Source: a virus
Taxonomy: Duplodnaviria > Caudoviricetes
Length of the DNA: 64,000 bases
Reading direction: 5' to 3' (one strand)
Virus record (IMG/VR): IMGVR_UViG_3300034021_000300
Span: 30,186-94,185 of that record
This document shows, in pieces, positions 17,732 through 27,044 of this stretch. How positions within the stretch are numbered: the first letter of the stretch is position 1; each line of letters opens with the position of its first letter. The notes beneath the pieces were generated by a model. That model was not told the origin of the DNA, did no database searches, and saw only the letters and a program-made list of their open reading frames with translations. The translations under genes were made by a program, and so were the position numbers.

Positions 17732-17762
17732 TTGCAGGTTGGGTTTTTTGTGTATATTTGCT
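17732..17762 (+). promoter_or_regulatory. Bacteroidota sigma70-type promoter for groEL
   Basis: TTG ... TATATTTG (-33/-7 consensus TTTG / TAnnTTTG). Confidence 0.6.
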
Positions 17763-17777
17763 CAAAACAATTCAAAA

Positions 17778-19343
17778 ATGAGCAAAATAATAGAATTTCA
17801 CACAAGATCCCTCCAGAAAGGTGCTAACATTTTAGCAAATGCAGTAAAAGGTACTCTTGGCCCACAAGGAAGGAATGTAATTCTTTCACGTCAATTCAAT
17901 GCACCACACATTACTAAAGATGGTGTTAGTGTAGCTTCTTCAATAAAGCTTGAAGATCCAAATGAAAATCTTGGAGCACAACTTTTACAGGAGATAGCTA
18001 ATAAAACACTGGAAGTCTCAGGAGATGGTACTACTACAAGTATTGTTTTAGCACAAACCATTCTTAATGAAGGACTAAGACTAATAGCTGAAGGCACAAA
18101 TCCTGTAAAATTAAAGAAAGGTATAGAGCTAGCAACAGTAGAAGCTATACAATCCATTAAATCACAATCACTACTATTACAATCAGATTCAATACTTAAT
18201 GTAGCTACTATATCAGCTAATAATGACTTTACTATAGGTAAACTAATAGCTGATGCTGTAAATCTAGTAGGAGAAGAAGGGCTTATTACAGTTGAAGAAT
18301 CAAGGTCTACTGAAACATACATAGAAGTTACAGAAGGACTAAAGATAGATAAAGGGTACATTTCACCTTACTTTGTTACTGACCCAAACAAAATGGTAGT
18401 AGAATATCAAAATGCACTTATCCTGATTACAGATGAAAAGATAACAGCTACTACTCAAATACTTAAGTACTTAGAAGCTTGTGTAAAAGAACAAAGAGCT
18501 CTTATTATTATCTGTGAAGACTTAGTAGATGAAGCTCTTTCTACCCTTGTAGTAAATAGAATGAAAGGTATCAAAGTAGCAGCTATCAAAGCTCCTGCAC
18601 ATGGTGACCATAAGAAAGAACTACTACAGGATATAGCTACTATTACTGGTGGTCTATACATTACCCAAGATAAAGGACTATCACTAGAATCTTCTCAACT
18701 ATCTTCTTTAGGTCAATCAGATGTAAAAATCTTTAAAGACTCTACCACTCTTATTAATGGTAAAGGCAAGAAAGAAGACATACTTATCAGAGTATCTCAA
18801 ATTAAAGAACAAGCCAAACACGCTGAATTACAGTTTGACCAAGATAGGCTGACCAAGAGAGCACAAAAACTTTCAGGAGGAGCAGCTGTATTATACGTAG
18901 GAGCAACTACTGAAACAGAATTAAAAGAAAAAGCTGATAGAATAGATGATGCTCTTTGTGCTACAAAAGCTGCAATAGCTGAAGGTATAGTACCAGGAGG
19001 TGGAACAGCATTTATAAAAGCAATAGCTTCTATTTCTTCTTCAAAAGATAAAGACATTCAGTCAGGTATAGACTTAATAAAGAAAGCATTAGAAGCACCT
19101 CTTCGTCAAATACTTCAAAATGCAGGACTAGAAGAAGATCCTATTATTTCTAAGGTAAAGAAAGGCAAACAGTTTAATGCCAAGTCAGAGCAGTATGAAG
19201 ATCTATTAGTTTCAGGAGTAATAGACCCAACAAAAGTAGTAAGAGTAGCCTTGGAAAACGCATCATCAGTATGTGCCCTATTCCTAACCACATCTTGTGT
19301 AGTAGCAGAAAAATATATAGAAACCCCAATGAACTTTAATTAA
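17778..19343 (+). CDS. groEL: phage-encoded chaperonin GroEL
   Basis: TLGPQGRNV, ITKDGVSVA, GDGTTT, RIDDALCATKAA, GIVPGGG, GVIDPTKV; no GGM tail; start at MSKII. Confidence 0.97.
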   Translation: MSKIIEFHTRSLQKGANILANAVKGTLGPQGRNVILSRQFNAPHITKDGVSVASSIKLEDPNENLGAQLLQEIANKTLEVSGDGTTTSIVLAQTILNEGLRLIAEGTNPVKLKKGIELATVEAIQSIKSQSLLLQSDSILNVATISANNDFTIGKLIADAVNLVGEEGLITVEESRSTETYIEVTEGLKIDKGYISPYFVTDPNKMVVEYQNALILITDEKITATTQILKYLEACVKEQRALIIICEDLVDEALSTLVVNRMKGIKVAAIKAPAHGDHKKELLQDIATITGGLYITQDKGLSLESSQLSSLGQSDVKIFKDSTTLINGKGKKEDILIRVSQIKEQAKHAELQFDQDRLTKRAQKLSGGAAVLYVGATTETELKEKADRIDDALCATKAAIAEGIVPGGGTAFIKAIASISSSKDKDIQSGIDLIKKALEAPLRQILQNAGLEEDPIISKVKKGKQFNAKSEQYEDLLVSGVIDPTKVVRVALENASSVCALFLTTSCVVAEKYIETPMNFN

Positions 19344-19348
19344 TTAAT

Positions 19349-19624
19349 ATGAAAACATCAAATGTAACACCAGTACCTCTTGGAGAAAGAGTCATAGTAG
19401 AACCAATAGTAGAAAAGCAAGAATCAGAGTTATTCTTAGCTGAAACTAAATTACCACCTGCAACACAAGGTATAATAAAAGCTGTATCAGAACAAGTAAC
19501 TACTTTAAAAGTAGGAGATGTAGTACAGTTTAGCCCTAATACAGGAGTACCTTTACTTATGGTAGATAATGCCTACCTATTAATGAGAGTAGGAGATATA
19601 ATTTGTAAATTTGTTGAACTTTAA
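19349..19624 (+). CDS. groES: co-chaperonin GroES-like protein
   Basis: PLGERVIV...G.I.AV...LKVGDVVQF...YLLMR.GDII; adjacent to groEL. Confidence 0.85.
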   Translation: MKTSNVTPVPLGERVIVEPIVEKQESELFLAETKLPPATQGIIKAVSEQVTTLKVGDVVQFSPNTGVPLLMVDNAYLLMRVGDIICKFVEL

Positions 19625-19634
19625 AAATATAACT

Positions 19635-19967
19635 ATGAATTTTGGAGAAGCATTAGCTGAAGTTAAAAATGGAAACCTTGTTGCAAGAGAAGGTTGGAAT
19701 GGTAAAAAGATGTTTATATTTATGCGTCCATACGATAACATAGATATAACTGTAATACCAAATATCAAATCTTTACCAGAAAAAGTGAAGAAATATATGG
19801 TAGAGGAATTTGCAAAAGGCGAAACTCACTTTGTAAGTGGTAACCCTATACAGGTACATTTTGGAGAATACCTGTGTATGAAAGACCCACTAGGTAATAT
19901 TGTAAATGGTTGGTTAGCAAGCCAAACAGATATGTTAGCTGAAGATTGGATTGTTTTTGAAGTATAA
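19635..19967 (+). CDS. DUF2829 / Tad2-like immune-signal sponge protein
   Basis: MNFGEAL..VK.G..VAREGWNGK.MFI and GWLASQTDMLAEDW signatures. Confidence 0.85.
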   Translation: MNFGEALAEVKNGNLVAREGWNGKKMFIFMRPYDNIDITVIPNIKSLPEKVKKYMVEEFAKGETHFVSGNPIQVHFGEYLCMKDPLGNIVNGWLASQTDMLAEDWIVFEV

Positions 19968-19974
19968 TTGTTTA

Positions 19975-20000
19975 AGAGAGCTACGAAAGTAGCTCTTTTT
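19975..20000 (+). terminator. intrinsic terminator
   Basis: agagctac-GAAA-gtagctct followed by a T-tract. Confidence 0.9.
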
Positions 20001-20005
20001 GCTTA

Positions 20006-20038
20006 TGCAACTAATTAAAAACTATTTCGTATATTTAC
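20006..20038 (+). promoter_or_regulatory. putative promoter TGCAAC-N16-CGTATATTTA
   Basis: immediately after the terminator; matches 17396-17429. Confidence 0.6.
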
Positions 20039-20041
20039 CCT

Positions 20042-20224
20042 ATGACAATGCCAAGAGTTTTTTCTATAGAATGTGAATCAGTAACAGGACTTATCAAAGC
20101 TACATTGAATGTAGAGAAGATATTTCAAACCTGTATGCTTGAAGGTGAGCATTACCTTACAGAAACTTTTAGCTTGGAAGATAAACACTTTTTAGTTGTT
20201 ACAGTATGGAACTCAGAGGAATAA
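20042..20224 (+). CDS. hypothetical protein
   Basis: ORF track. Confidence 0.5.
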   Translation: MTMPRVFSIECESVTGLIKATLNVEKIFQTCMLEGEHYLTETFSLEDKHFLVVTVWNSEE

Positions 20225-20502
20225 CAGACCTATATAATACAAAGCTAACAGAAGAAGGGCCAAAAGAGTTTCTTGTAAAAAGAAATGCATCTTTTAAAAT
20301 CTACTGTGAACCTTTTCATTTGGGGGCACATGCTGAAGTACTTAACTTACGTACAGGTAAAGTGTTTAAAGACAGGTGTCAGGTACATATAGAAAATATG
20401 GGAGTAGTTGTAGTTAAAATAGCTGCTACCAAACTAAATGAACTGAAAAAGCAACATTCACAAAATAAGACAGTAGGATTTCATGCGCACAAAGGTAATT
20501 AG
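20206..20502 (+). CDS. hypothetical protein
   Basis: ORF track; C-terminal VGF motif. Confidence 0.55.
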   Translation: MELRGITDLYNTKLTEEGPKEFLVKRNASFKIYCEPFHLGAHAEVLNLRTGKVFKDRCQVHIENMGVVVVKIAATKLNELKKQHSQNKTVGFHAHKGN

Positions 20503-20905
20503 GAACTACTTTGAAGACTACAACAGCCTGGAAAAGTTTAAAGTAGAATTTCTACAAGAGCTGGATAATTGGAAAGATGAAATGATGTTGCATGATTTAC
20601 ATTACGTAGTACTAGAAGAAATCTATTTACAGGAAACAGAACCTTCTTATACTTTGCAATACGAATTTTATTTGCAGGGAAGATATAAATACCATTTATC
20701 TTTCTCACAAATAAAAGAACACTCTTTACAAGAAAAGAAGAATATACCTGTAAAGGTATTTGTCACAATGGCAGAGTTTAAAGATTTATTGCTTGCATAT
20801 ATGACAGAATATCCTGATATTTGTCCAGACAAGAATAAATTAGTAGTAAACGGAGTTACATTTAAACTCTACTTAGAAGAAATAAACAATGGTAAAACCA
20901 TTTAA
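20483..20905 (+). CDS. hypothetical protein
   Basis: ORF track. Confidence 0.55.
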   Translation: MRTKVIRNYFEDYNSLEKFKVEFLQELDNWKDEMMLHDLHYVVLEEIYLQETEPSYTLQYEFYLQGRYKYHLSFSQIKEHSLQEKKNIPVKVFVTMAEFKDLLLAYMTEYPDICPDKNKLVVNGVTFKLYLEEINNGKTI

Positions 20906-21377
20906 TATAAAAGTAAAGAATAAACAAGAATTGTTTTTAGCTTACTTAAAAGCAATAAATTGGACTTTGCCTGAACAGTTAACTGATTCAGAGTTAGAAG
21001 TCCTGTCGTATCTTGTGTATTATAATAACTTCTATGCAGCTGAGATAAAGTCAGATGAAATAAGGTATGACTTACTATTCTCTTCTTCAACAAAAAAGAA
21101 GATAAGGGAAGAGTTTGATATAGATGCACAAAAGTTTGAGACTTACTTAAATAAACTACGTAAAAAAGGTATTATCACAAACAATGCTTTATCTAAACAA
21201 GTAGTAATAACAATGGAAGATAAATTAGAAATACGTTTTACAATGGCTGTAAAAGAAGCGCCAAAACCAATAGAAAATGAAAGACCTTCTTTTGATGCCT
21301 TTGTAGATGAAGCAATAGAAGTACCTGAATTAAAAGCAGTAACTTTTATAGATGATGATGACTTAGATATATTATAA
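20889..21377 (+). CDS. winged-HTH DNA-binding protein with acidic tail
   Basis: LTDSELEVL...KKIREEFDI....ETYLNKLRKKGII. Confidence 0.6.
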   Translation: MVKPFNIKVKNKQELFLAYLKAINWTLPEQLTDSELEVLSYLVYYNNFYAAEIKSDEIRYDLLFSSSTKKKIREEFDIDAQKFETYLNKLRKKGIITNNALSKQVVITMEDKLEIRFTMAVKEAPKPIENERPSFDAFVDEAIEVPELKAVTFIDDDDLDIL

Positions 21378-21625
21378 TGAAACTGGATTATAGATTAGAA
21401 AGATTAGTAGAAAAACATGCCAAAAGGTGTGGTATAACTAAAGCAGAAGCTTTGGAAGTAGTATCTGCTTATTTTACTAACATAAAAGATAAGATTACAG
21501 GCTCTTCTTATGAAGAAGGGTTTGTGGAAATATACATGCCTAAGTTAGGAGAGTTTTGTCCTAACTATCAAAAAATAGAAAAAGTACATGAAGTTATTGA
21601 AGCTAGAAAACAATCATCTTTGTAG
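21377..21625 (+). CDS. HU/IHF-like protein
   Basis: LVEKHAKRCGITKAEALEVVSAYF...EIYMPKLGEF. Confidence 0.6.
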   Translation: MKLDYRLERLVEKHAKRCGITKAEALEVVSAYFTNIKDKITGSSYEEGFVEIYMPKLGEFCPNYQKIEKVHEVIEARKQSSL

Positions 21626-22133
21626 TATAACTCCTGAAGCATTAGGATTAAAAGCTTTCAGGGATATATGGGAAAGGGATAAAACAAAAAATAAAGACAG
21701 GGCTAAACTAGACTTGTCTTTTGTGTATTTCTTTGCTGATTGGCAGTCTACTTTCAAGAAACTGCCTGTAGAAGATAAGATTATTACATTAGAAAAAGAA
21801 GTATACGATAATAAGTATAAAGCAGACACATTAGTCTTAGCAGCAGCAAAGATGTATGAAGACATACAGAATGAATCTTCTTTTTCTCTTAGACATTTAG
21901 AAGCTGTAGAAAAGACTGCTGTAAAAATCTCTAACTACTTACAAACAGTAGACTTAGCAGAAAGAGATAGCCAAAAAAGATTAGTATACAACACTAATCA
22001 ACTACAGAAAACTATAGCTGACTTTCCTGAGACAATAAGAAAGATTACTGAAATGCGTAAGCATGTAGAAGTAGAATTAACTCAAGATCCTAATCTTAGG
22101 GGAGGAGCACATAAATCATCATTTGAAGATTAA
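21588..22133 (+). CDS. conserved crAss-like protein upstream of TerL (candidate small terminase subunit)
   Basis: IWERDKTKNKDRA..LSFVYF and C-terminal LRGG; TAATG-coupled to TerL. Confidence 0.55.
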   Translation: MKLLKLENNHLCSITPEALGLKAFRDIWERDKTKNKDRAKLDLSFVYFFADWQSTFKKLPVEDKIITLEKEVYDNKYKADTLVLAAAKMYEDIQNESSFSLRHLEAVEKTAVKISNYLQTVDLAERDSQKRLVYNTNQLQKTIADFPETIRKITEMRKHVEVELTQDPNLRGGAHKSSFED

Positions 22134-24142
22134 TGTTAACACAAGAAGATATACTAGCTTTTACTGAAGTACGTAGGCACTTTGAAGAGTACGAAACATA
22201 TTGTCCTTTTCCTGAATCACGTACACCTAACTCACGTTGGATGCAATTCTGGCAGAGAGAACAAGAGCGTATATTAAAAGGTTACGAATACCTTCCTAAT
22301 AAATTTATTACAGGAGAACTATACTATTATTTTAACTATAGTATAATGGACAAGACTGTAGAGAAAGATGGTATTACCTATACTCTTATGGGTGCTCCTG
22401 ATACATGGGACGGAACTATTGAAGTAGATACATACTATCAGGAAGCAAAGAAGAATAAAAGAGATTGCTTTATACTAAAAGGTCGTAGGAAAGGTTTATC
22501 ATATTATGCAGCTAGCTGTGCCTCAAGGTTATACCATTTTGTAAGAAATAGTAATACATATGTAATAGCAGCCACAAAGCAATACATACTTGGAGCTGAC
22601 TCTACTATGACCAAGATATTTCAGAATGTTGACCACATGTCTGAACATACACCTTTTGGTAAACTACGTCAAAAGATAAATAAAGCTGACCACATAAGGG
22701 CAAGTTACTTAGAAAATGTAAATGGACAGATAATAGAAAAAGGCTTTAAGTCTAACATTGCAGCAGTAGTATTAGATGACCCACAGAAATTAAGGGGTAA
22801 GAAAGGACAATTGATTATTGTAGAAGAAGCTGGTTCATTTCCTAATCTTTTGGATGCCATACCTATCATACGTAAATGTATATTAGAAGGTACGCTAAAG
22901 ATAGGTACCATACTTGCTTTTGGTACAGGTGGTGATGAAGGCCCAGGTTTTGCAGCAATGGAAACTGTATTTTATAAACCTGATGCATATGGGTTTCACT
23001 CAGTAAAGAATATATGGGAAGAAGCTAAGTCTTCTCAACCTTGTTGTTTCTTCTTTCCTGCTTACAAAAACTACTTGGGTTTTATAGATGAGAATGGTAA
23101 CTCTTTGGAGAAAGAAGCAAAAGATTATATATTACAACAAAGACTAGACAAAAAGAAATTAGGTGTAGATAATAAAACGCTGTTAAAAATGGCAGCTGAA
23201 GATCCAATTACACCTGAAGAAGCCATGCTTCGTACAAAGGGAACTTACTTTCCCATAACTGAAGCAAAGAAAAGATTATCAGAATTATATACAGACAAAG
23301 AGTTATCAAAGCACAATGTTGGTAGATTAGAGTATAATGAAGATAAAGTAATTAAATGGGTTGATGTACAGGATGCACAACCTCAAAGAGAATGGCCTAT
23401 ATTAGACCCAACCATAAATTACATAGAAGTATTTGAATTACCTCAACAAGATAAAAACACACTTGTAGTACCTCGTAACAGATATATAGGAGGTATTGAC
23501 CCTTACAACCAAGACCAGACAACAAACTCTGAATCAGTTGGTTGTATGTTTATAATGGACTTATGGACTGACAGAATTGTATGTGAATATACAGCTCGTC
23601 CTGAAAGAGCAGAAGATTTCTATGAAACTTGTAGACGTATTTTAGTTTGGTACAATGCAACAGCAATGTATGAAGCTTCAGTAACACTTATGTACAAATT
23701 CTTTGAGAGGAAACAACAATTGTATTTATTGGCAGATACACCTTCTTACTTACGAGATAGAAATACTTGGAGAGAAGGGTTAGATACTTCAAAAGGCATA
23801 AAGCCAACTGAAGATGTAAACAAAAGAGGAAGAGAATCACAAAAAACCTGGATGTTATCTGACTTAGATGTAACTACAGGCACAAAGAAGATAGATACAA
23901 TAAGAAGTATAGGTTACTTAAAAGAAGTTATAAACTGGAATAAGGATGGTAACTTTGATAGAGTATCAGCTTTAAATATGTTATTCTTGTATAGAGAAGA
24001 CCTTACAGATGATGTTGCAGAAGAAAGGAAAAAACCTAAGTCAAATAAATTCGGTAACTTTTTTACCAAATTTAAAGTACAAAGGAAGTTAACAGACATT
24101 TTCGATAAAGAAGATTTTGAAACATTTGAGAAATACAGATAA
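22133..24142 (+). CDS. terL: terminase large subunit
   Basis: Walker A KGRRKGLS, Walker B IIVEEAG, FGTGG, nuclease GGIDPY and GNFDRVSA. Confidence 0.93.
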   Translation: MLTQEDILAFTEVRRHFEEYETYCPFPESRTPNSRWMQFWQREQERILKGYEYLPNKFITGELYYYFNYSIMDKTVEKDGITYTLMGAPDTWDGTIEVDTYYQEAKKNKRDCFILKGRRKGLSYYAASCASRLYHFVRNSNTYVIAATKQYILGADSTMTKIFQNVDHMSEHTPFGKLRQKINKADHIRASYLENVNGQIIEKGFKSNIAAVVLDDPQKLRGKKGQLIIVEEAGSFPNLLDAIPIIRKCILEGTLKIGTILAFGTGGDEGPGFAAMETVFYKPDAYGFHSVKNIWEEAKSSQPCCFFFPAYKNYLGFIDENGNSLEKEAKDYILQQRLDKKKLGVDNKTLLKMAAEDPITPEEAMLRTKGTYFPITEAKKRLSELYTDKELSKHNVGRLEYNEDKVIKWVDVQDAQPQREWPILDPTINYIEVFELPQQDKNTLVVPRNRYIGGIDPYNQDQTTNSESVGCMFIMDLWTDRIVCEYTARPERAEDFYETCRRILVWYNATAMYEASVTLMYKFFERKQQLYLLADTPSYLRDRNTWREGLDTSKGIKPTEDVNKRGRESQKTWMLSDLDVTTGTKKIDTIRSIGYLKEVINWNKDGNFDRVSALNMLFLYREDLTDDVAEERKKPKSNKFGNFFTKFKVQRKLTDIFDKEDFETFEKYR

Positions 24143-26593
24143 ATGTTAGGACAAGTAAAATTACTCCCAGACCAAATGGTGTCTGATGAAAAGAAAGCTA
24201 CCAAAGAATGGCAGAAGAATAATTTAGATGCTTTTGAAAACATTATTATGTTTGAGAATCGTCAATTACGACCTACCTTATATAATAAGTTTAACAACTA
24301 CAATCTAAAGAGAGGAGTAATAAACCAAGCAGATTTTGAAAAAATACTAGACCCACAGGGACTAGGATTAAATTCTTTCCCTGCAAGATTAGAGCATATG
24401 GGTTTTGGTAATGCCAAAATAGACCTACTTGTAGGTGAGCATATGAACCGTAGGTTTGATTGGAGAGTTACACTTTCTAATAATGATGCTGAAGGTATAT
24501 CAGGAAAAGAACAAAGAATGATGGGTAGGGTAAAACAAGAACTTGTAGATATGTTACAAGGGAACCTACCTGAAGAAGAAGCTCAGGCAAGATTACAAAG
24601 GCTTTCTGATTACATGAACTATGAATGGCAAGATGTAGCAGAATCAGGGGCTCAGAAGATATTAAAGTATTATTACAAACAACAGGATTTAGATACAATA
24701 TTTAACAGGGCATTTGAAGATGCTCTTATTGCAGGTGAACAAATAGTATTTACAGAAGCACTAGGTAAAGAACTCTTTATAAGAAAAGGAGACCCAACAA
24801 AAATCTTTACCATTATGTCTGCTGAATCAATAGATGAATCAGGACTTGAGGCACTAGTAGAGGTAAGCTACCAAACAGTATCAAATGTACTAGACAATTT
24901 TCACCCTTACTTAGATACAGAAGCCATAGCTAAACTACAAGCATTCAAAGGTATCTCACCTTTTGGTGGTACATCTGGTTGGACTTACCCTACTTATGGG
25001 CCTGTAGGTGAACTTGCAGTACCTGATAATTCTATTACAGCTTCAGGTATATTTCCTGTATCTGAATTAGAAAGAACTCTGTTTGCAACAAACATAGATG
25101 TGAATGGTAATATGCGTGTTGTGCATTGCTTGTGGAAATCAAAAAGAAAAGTAAAACTACTTAAGTCTTTCAACGAAGAAACAGGACTGGAAGAAGAAAA
25201 ATATGTACATCAAAAGTATAAAGCTAATAAGCTCTTGGGAGAAGAAGTAGTAAAAGAAATGTGGGTAAATGAATGGTGGAGAGGTTTTAAGATTGGGTAT
25301 GATATATACGTAAAGATAGAACCTGTACCATTTCTTTCTACATCACTAGACAATATCTCACGTCAAGAACCACCTGTTACTATACAGATATATAATACAA
25401 ATACTTCAAAGGCACAAAGTCTTATGGATATTTGTAAACCTTTTGATTATATGTTAGATGTACTTTACTTTAAAAAGAAACATTTAACATCACTTATGTT
25501 ACCTGACGTGTTGGTATTTCCTACTTCAATGATGCCTGATAACATGAATCTTGAAGAGTTCATCAATTATATACAGACTACTGCAATCATGCCTTTAGAT
25601 CCTACTGCTGAAATAGACAATGGAGCATTGGCAGGTAAAGCAGCAGGACAAATAAACAATACAGTAGGAGCACAAATAGTATCAGCAGCTCAAAATGGCC
25701 CACTATCAGTAATAGGTTCACTTATAGATACCACATTACAAAGTATGGATCAAGTAACTGGCATAACACAACAAAGACAAGGTGCTATACAAAATAGAGA
25801 ATTAGTAGGTAACGTAGAAAGGTCTGTAACACAATCCTCTCATATAACAGAGAAATGGTTTAGGTTAAATGATAAGTTTAAACTAAGGACGTTACGTAAA
25901 GTAATGAATATTTCTATTCAACAATTCAAGGAAAACCCAAAGAAATTCCAATACATATTAGATGACCTTACAACATTAGTCTTATCAGATGAAGAGCTTA
26001 CAGCAATACAAGCTTCTGAATTTGACTTACATGTAACCAATTCTACTAATGATGCACTGATAATGCAGAAGATAGAAGGCTTGTTCCAAGTTGCAATGCA
26101 AAATGGTACAGCTACTCTTTCTGATGTACTTGAAATCTATCAAAATGAATCTATTGCTAATGCAACTGCCAAACTTAAACTACGTGAAAAACAAAGACAA
26201 GAGAAAGCAGCTGAAGCAGAAAAACAACAAATAGAAATCAAAAAACAACTTGATTTAGCTGCACAAGAAATAGAAGATAGAAAAGTAAGGTTAGAAGCTG
26301 CACGTCTAGAACTAGAAAGATATAAGATAGATACAGACAGAGAAACTAAACTGGAAGTAGCTCAACTACAAGCTCAATCATTTGACCCTGAAAAGGATTA
26401 TAATAATAACAATGAGCCTGACTATTTAGAAATGCGTAAACTAGATTTAGAACAACAGAAGATAGAATTACAACGTCAGTCTGAATCTATAAGAGTTTCT
26501 TTGGAGCAACTAAAAGAGAAGAATAAGAAAGAGATAGCTCAACAAAAGCTAGAAGTAGATAAAATAAAAGCAAGAAAAGGTGGAAGTAAGTAA
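24143..26593 (+). CDS. portal protein (crAss-type, long C-terminal coiled coil)
   Basis: follows TerL; KIDLLVGE, GITQQRQGAIQNRELVGNVERSVTQSSHITE. Confidence 0.88.
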   Translation: MLGQVKLLPDQMVSDEKKATKEWQKNNLDAFENIIMFENRQLRPTLYNKFNNYNLKRGVINQADFEKILDPQGLGLNSFPARLEHMGFGNAKIDLLVGEHMNRRFDWRVTLSNNDAEGISGKEQRMMGRVKQELVDMLQGNLPEEEAQARLQRLSDYMNYEWQDVAESGAQKILKYYYKQQDLDTIFNRAFEDALIAGEQIVFTEALGKELFIRKGDPTKIFTIMSAESIDESGLEALVEVSYQTVSNVLDNFHPYLDTEAIAKLQAFKGISPFGGTSGWTYPTYGPVGELAVPDNSITASGIFPVSELERTLFATNIDVNGNMRVVHCLWKSKRKVKLLKSFNEETGLEEEKYVHQKYKANKLLGEEVVKEMWVNEWWRGFKIGYDIYVKIEPVPFLSTSLDNISRQEPPVTIQIYNTNTSKAQSLMDICKPFDYMLDVLYFKKKHLTSLMLPDVLVFPTSMMPDNMNLEEFINYIQTTAIMPLDPTAEIDNGALAGKAAGQINNTVGAQIVSAAQNGPLSVIGSLIDTTLQSMDQVTGITQQRQGAIQNRELVGNVERSVTQSSHITEKWFRLNDKFKLRTLRKVMNISIQQFKENPKKFQYILDDLTTLVLSDEELTAIQASEFDLHVTNSTNDALIMQKIEGLFQVAMQNGTATLSDVLEIYQNESIANATAKLKLREKQRQEKAAEAEKQQIEIKKQLDLAAQEIEDRKVRLEAARLELERYKIDTDRETKLEVAQLQAQSFDPEKDYNNNNEPDYLEMRKLDLEQQKIELQRQSESIRVSLEQLKEKNKKEIAQQKLEVDKIKARKGGSK

Positions 26594-26942
26594 ATTTATT
26601 GGAAGATTATTCCATGCACGTGATACAGCACATCTATATCATTTATCATTAGAAGGCCCAGGAGCTTATGCAGCACATGTAGCAGCAGAAGCCTTTTATG
26701 ATAAACTATTAGATTTTACTGATACTCTAATAGAATCACATCAAGGTAAGTACGGGCTATTGTCTTTAACTATACAAGCTTCCTATACAGAAGTAAGCAA
26801 AGATTTTATCTCTTATCTTAAAGCACTATTGACTTATATTGAAACAGAATGTCCCTTTACAGACTCTGATGAACTCAATATTATAGACGAAATAAAGACT
26901 CTTACTAAACAAACCTTATATAAATTAACGTACTTGAAGTAG
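26580..26942 (+). CDS. phage ferritin/Dps-like protein (DUF5856-like)
   Basis: H.YH...YAAHVA...FYD.L....D..IE..QGKYG and LNIIDEI..L..QTLYKL. Confidence 0.8.
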   Translation: MEVSKFIGRLFHARDTAHLYHLSLEGPGAYAAHVAAEAFYDKLLDFTDTLIESHQGKYGLLSLTIQASYTEVSKDFISYLKALLTYIETECPFTDSDELNIIDEIKTLTKQTLYKLTYLK

Positions 26943-27044
26943 GTTTTATATACAAGTTATATATAATTGCTATATATGCCTATAATTTTAATTTTAATTA
27001 ATGCAACAAATAGTTAATATTTGTGCGTTTAAAACACATATTTT

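Noticed and set aside
17618-17827. ORF 17618..17827 and the 17739 start for groEL
   Set aside because: They overlap the structured RNA and groEL promoter and are low-complexity; the ATG at 17778 fits the GroEL N-terminus
17778-19624. Host contamination explaining groEL/groES
   Set aside because: Same codon style and GGWCC avoidance as the phage genes, reversed gene order, divergent GroES, and phage genes on both sides
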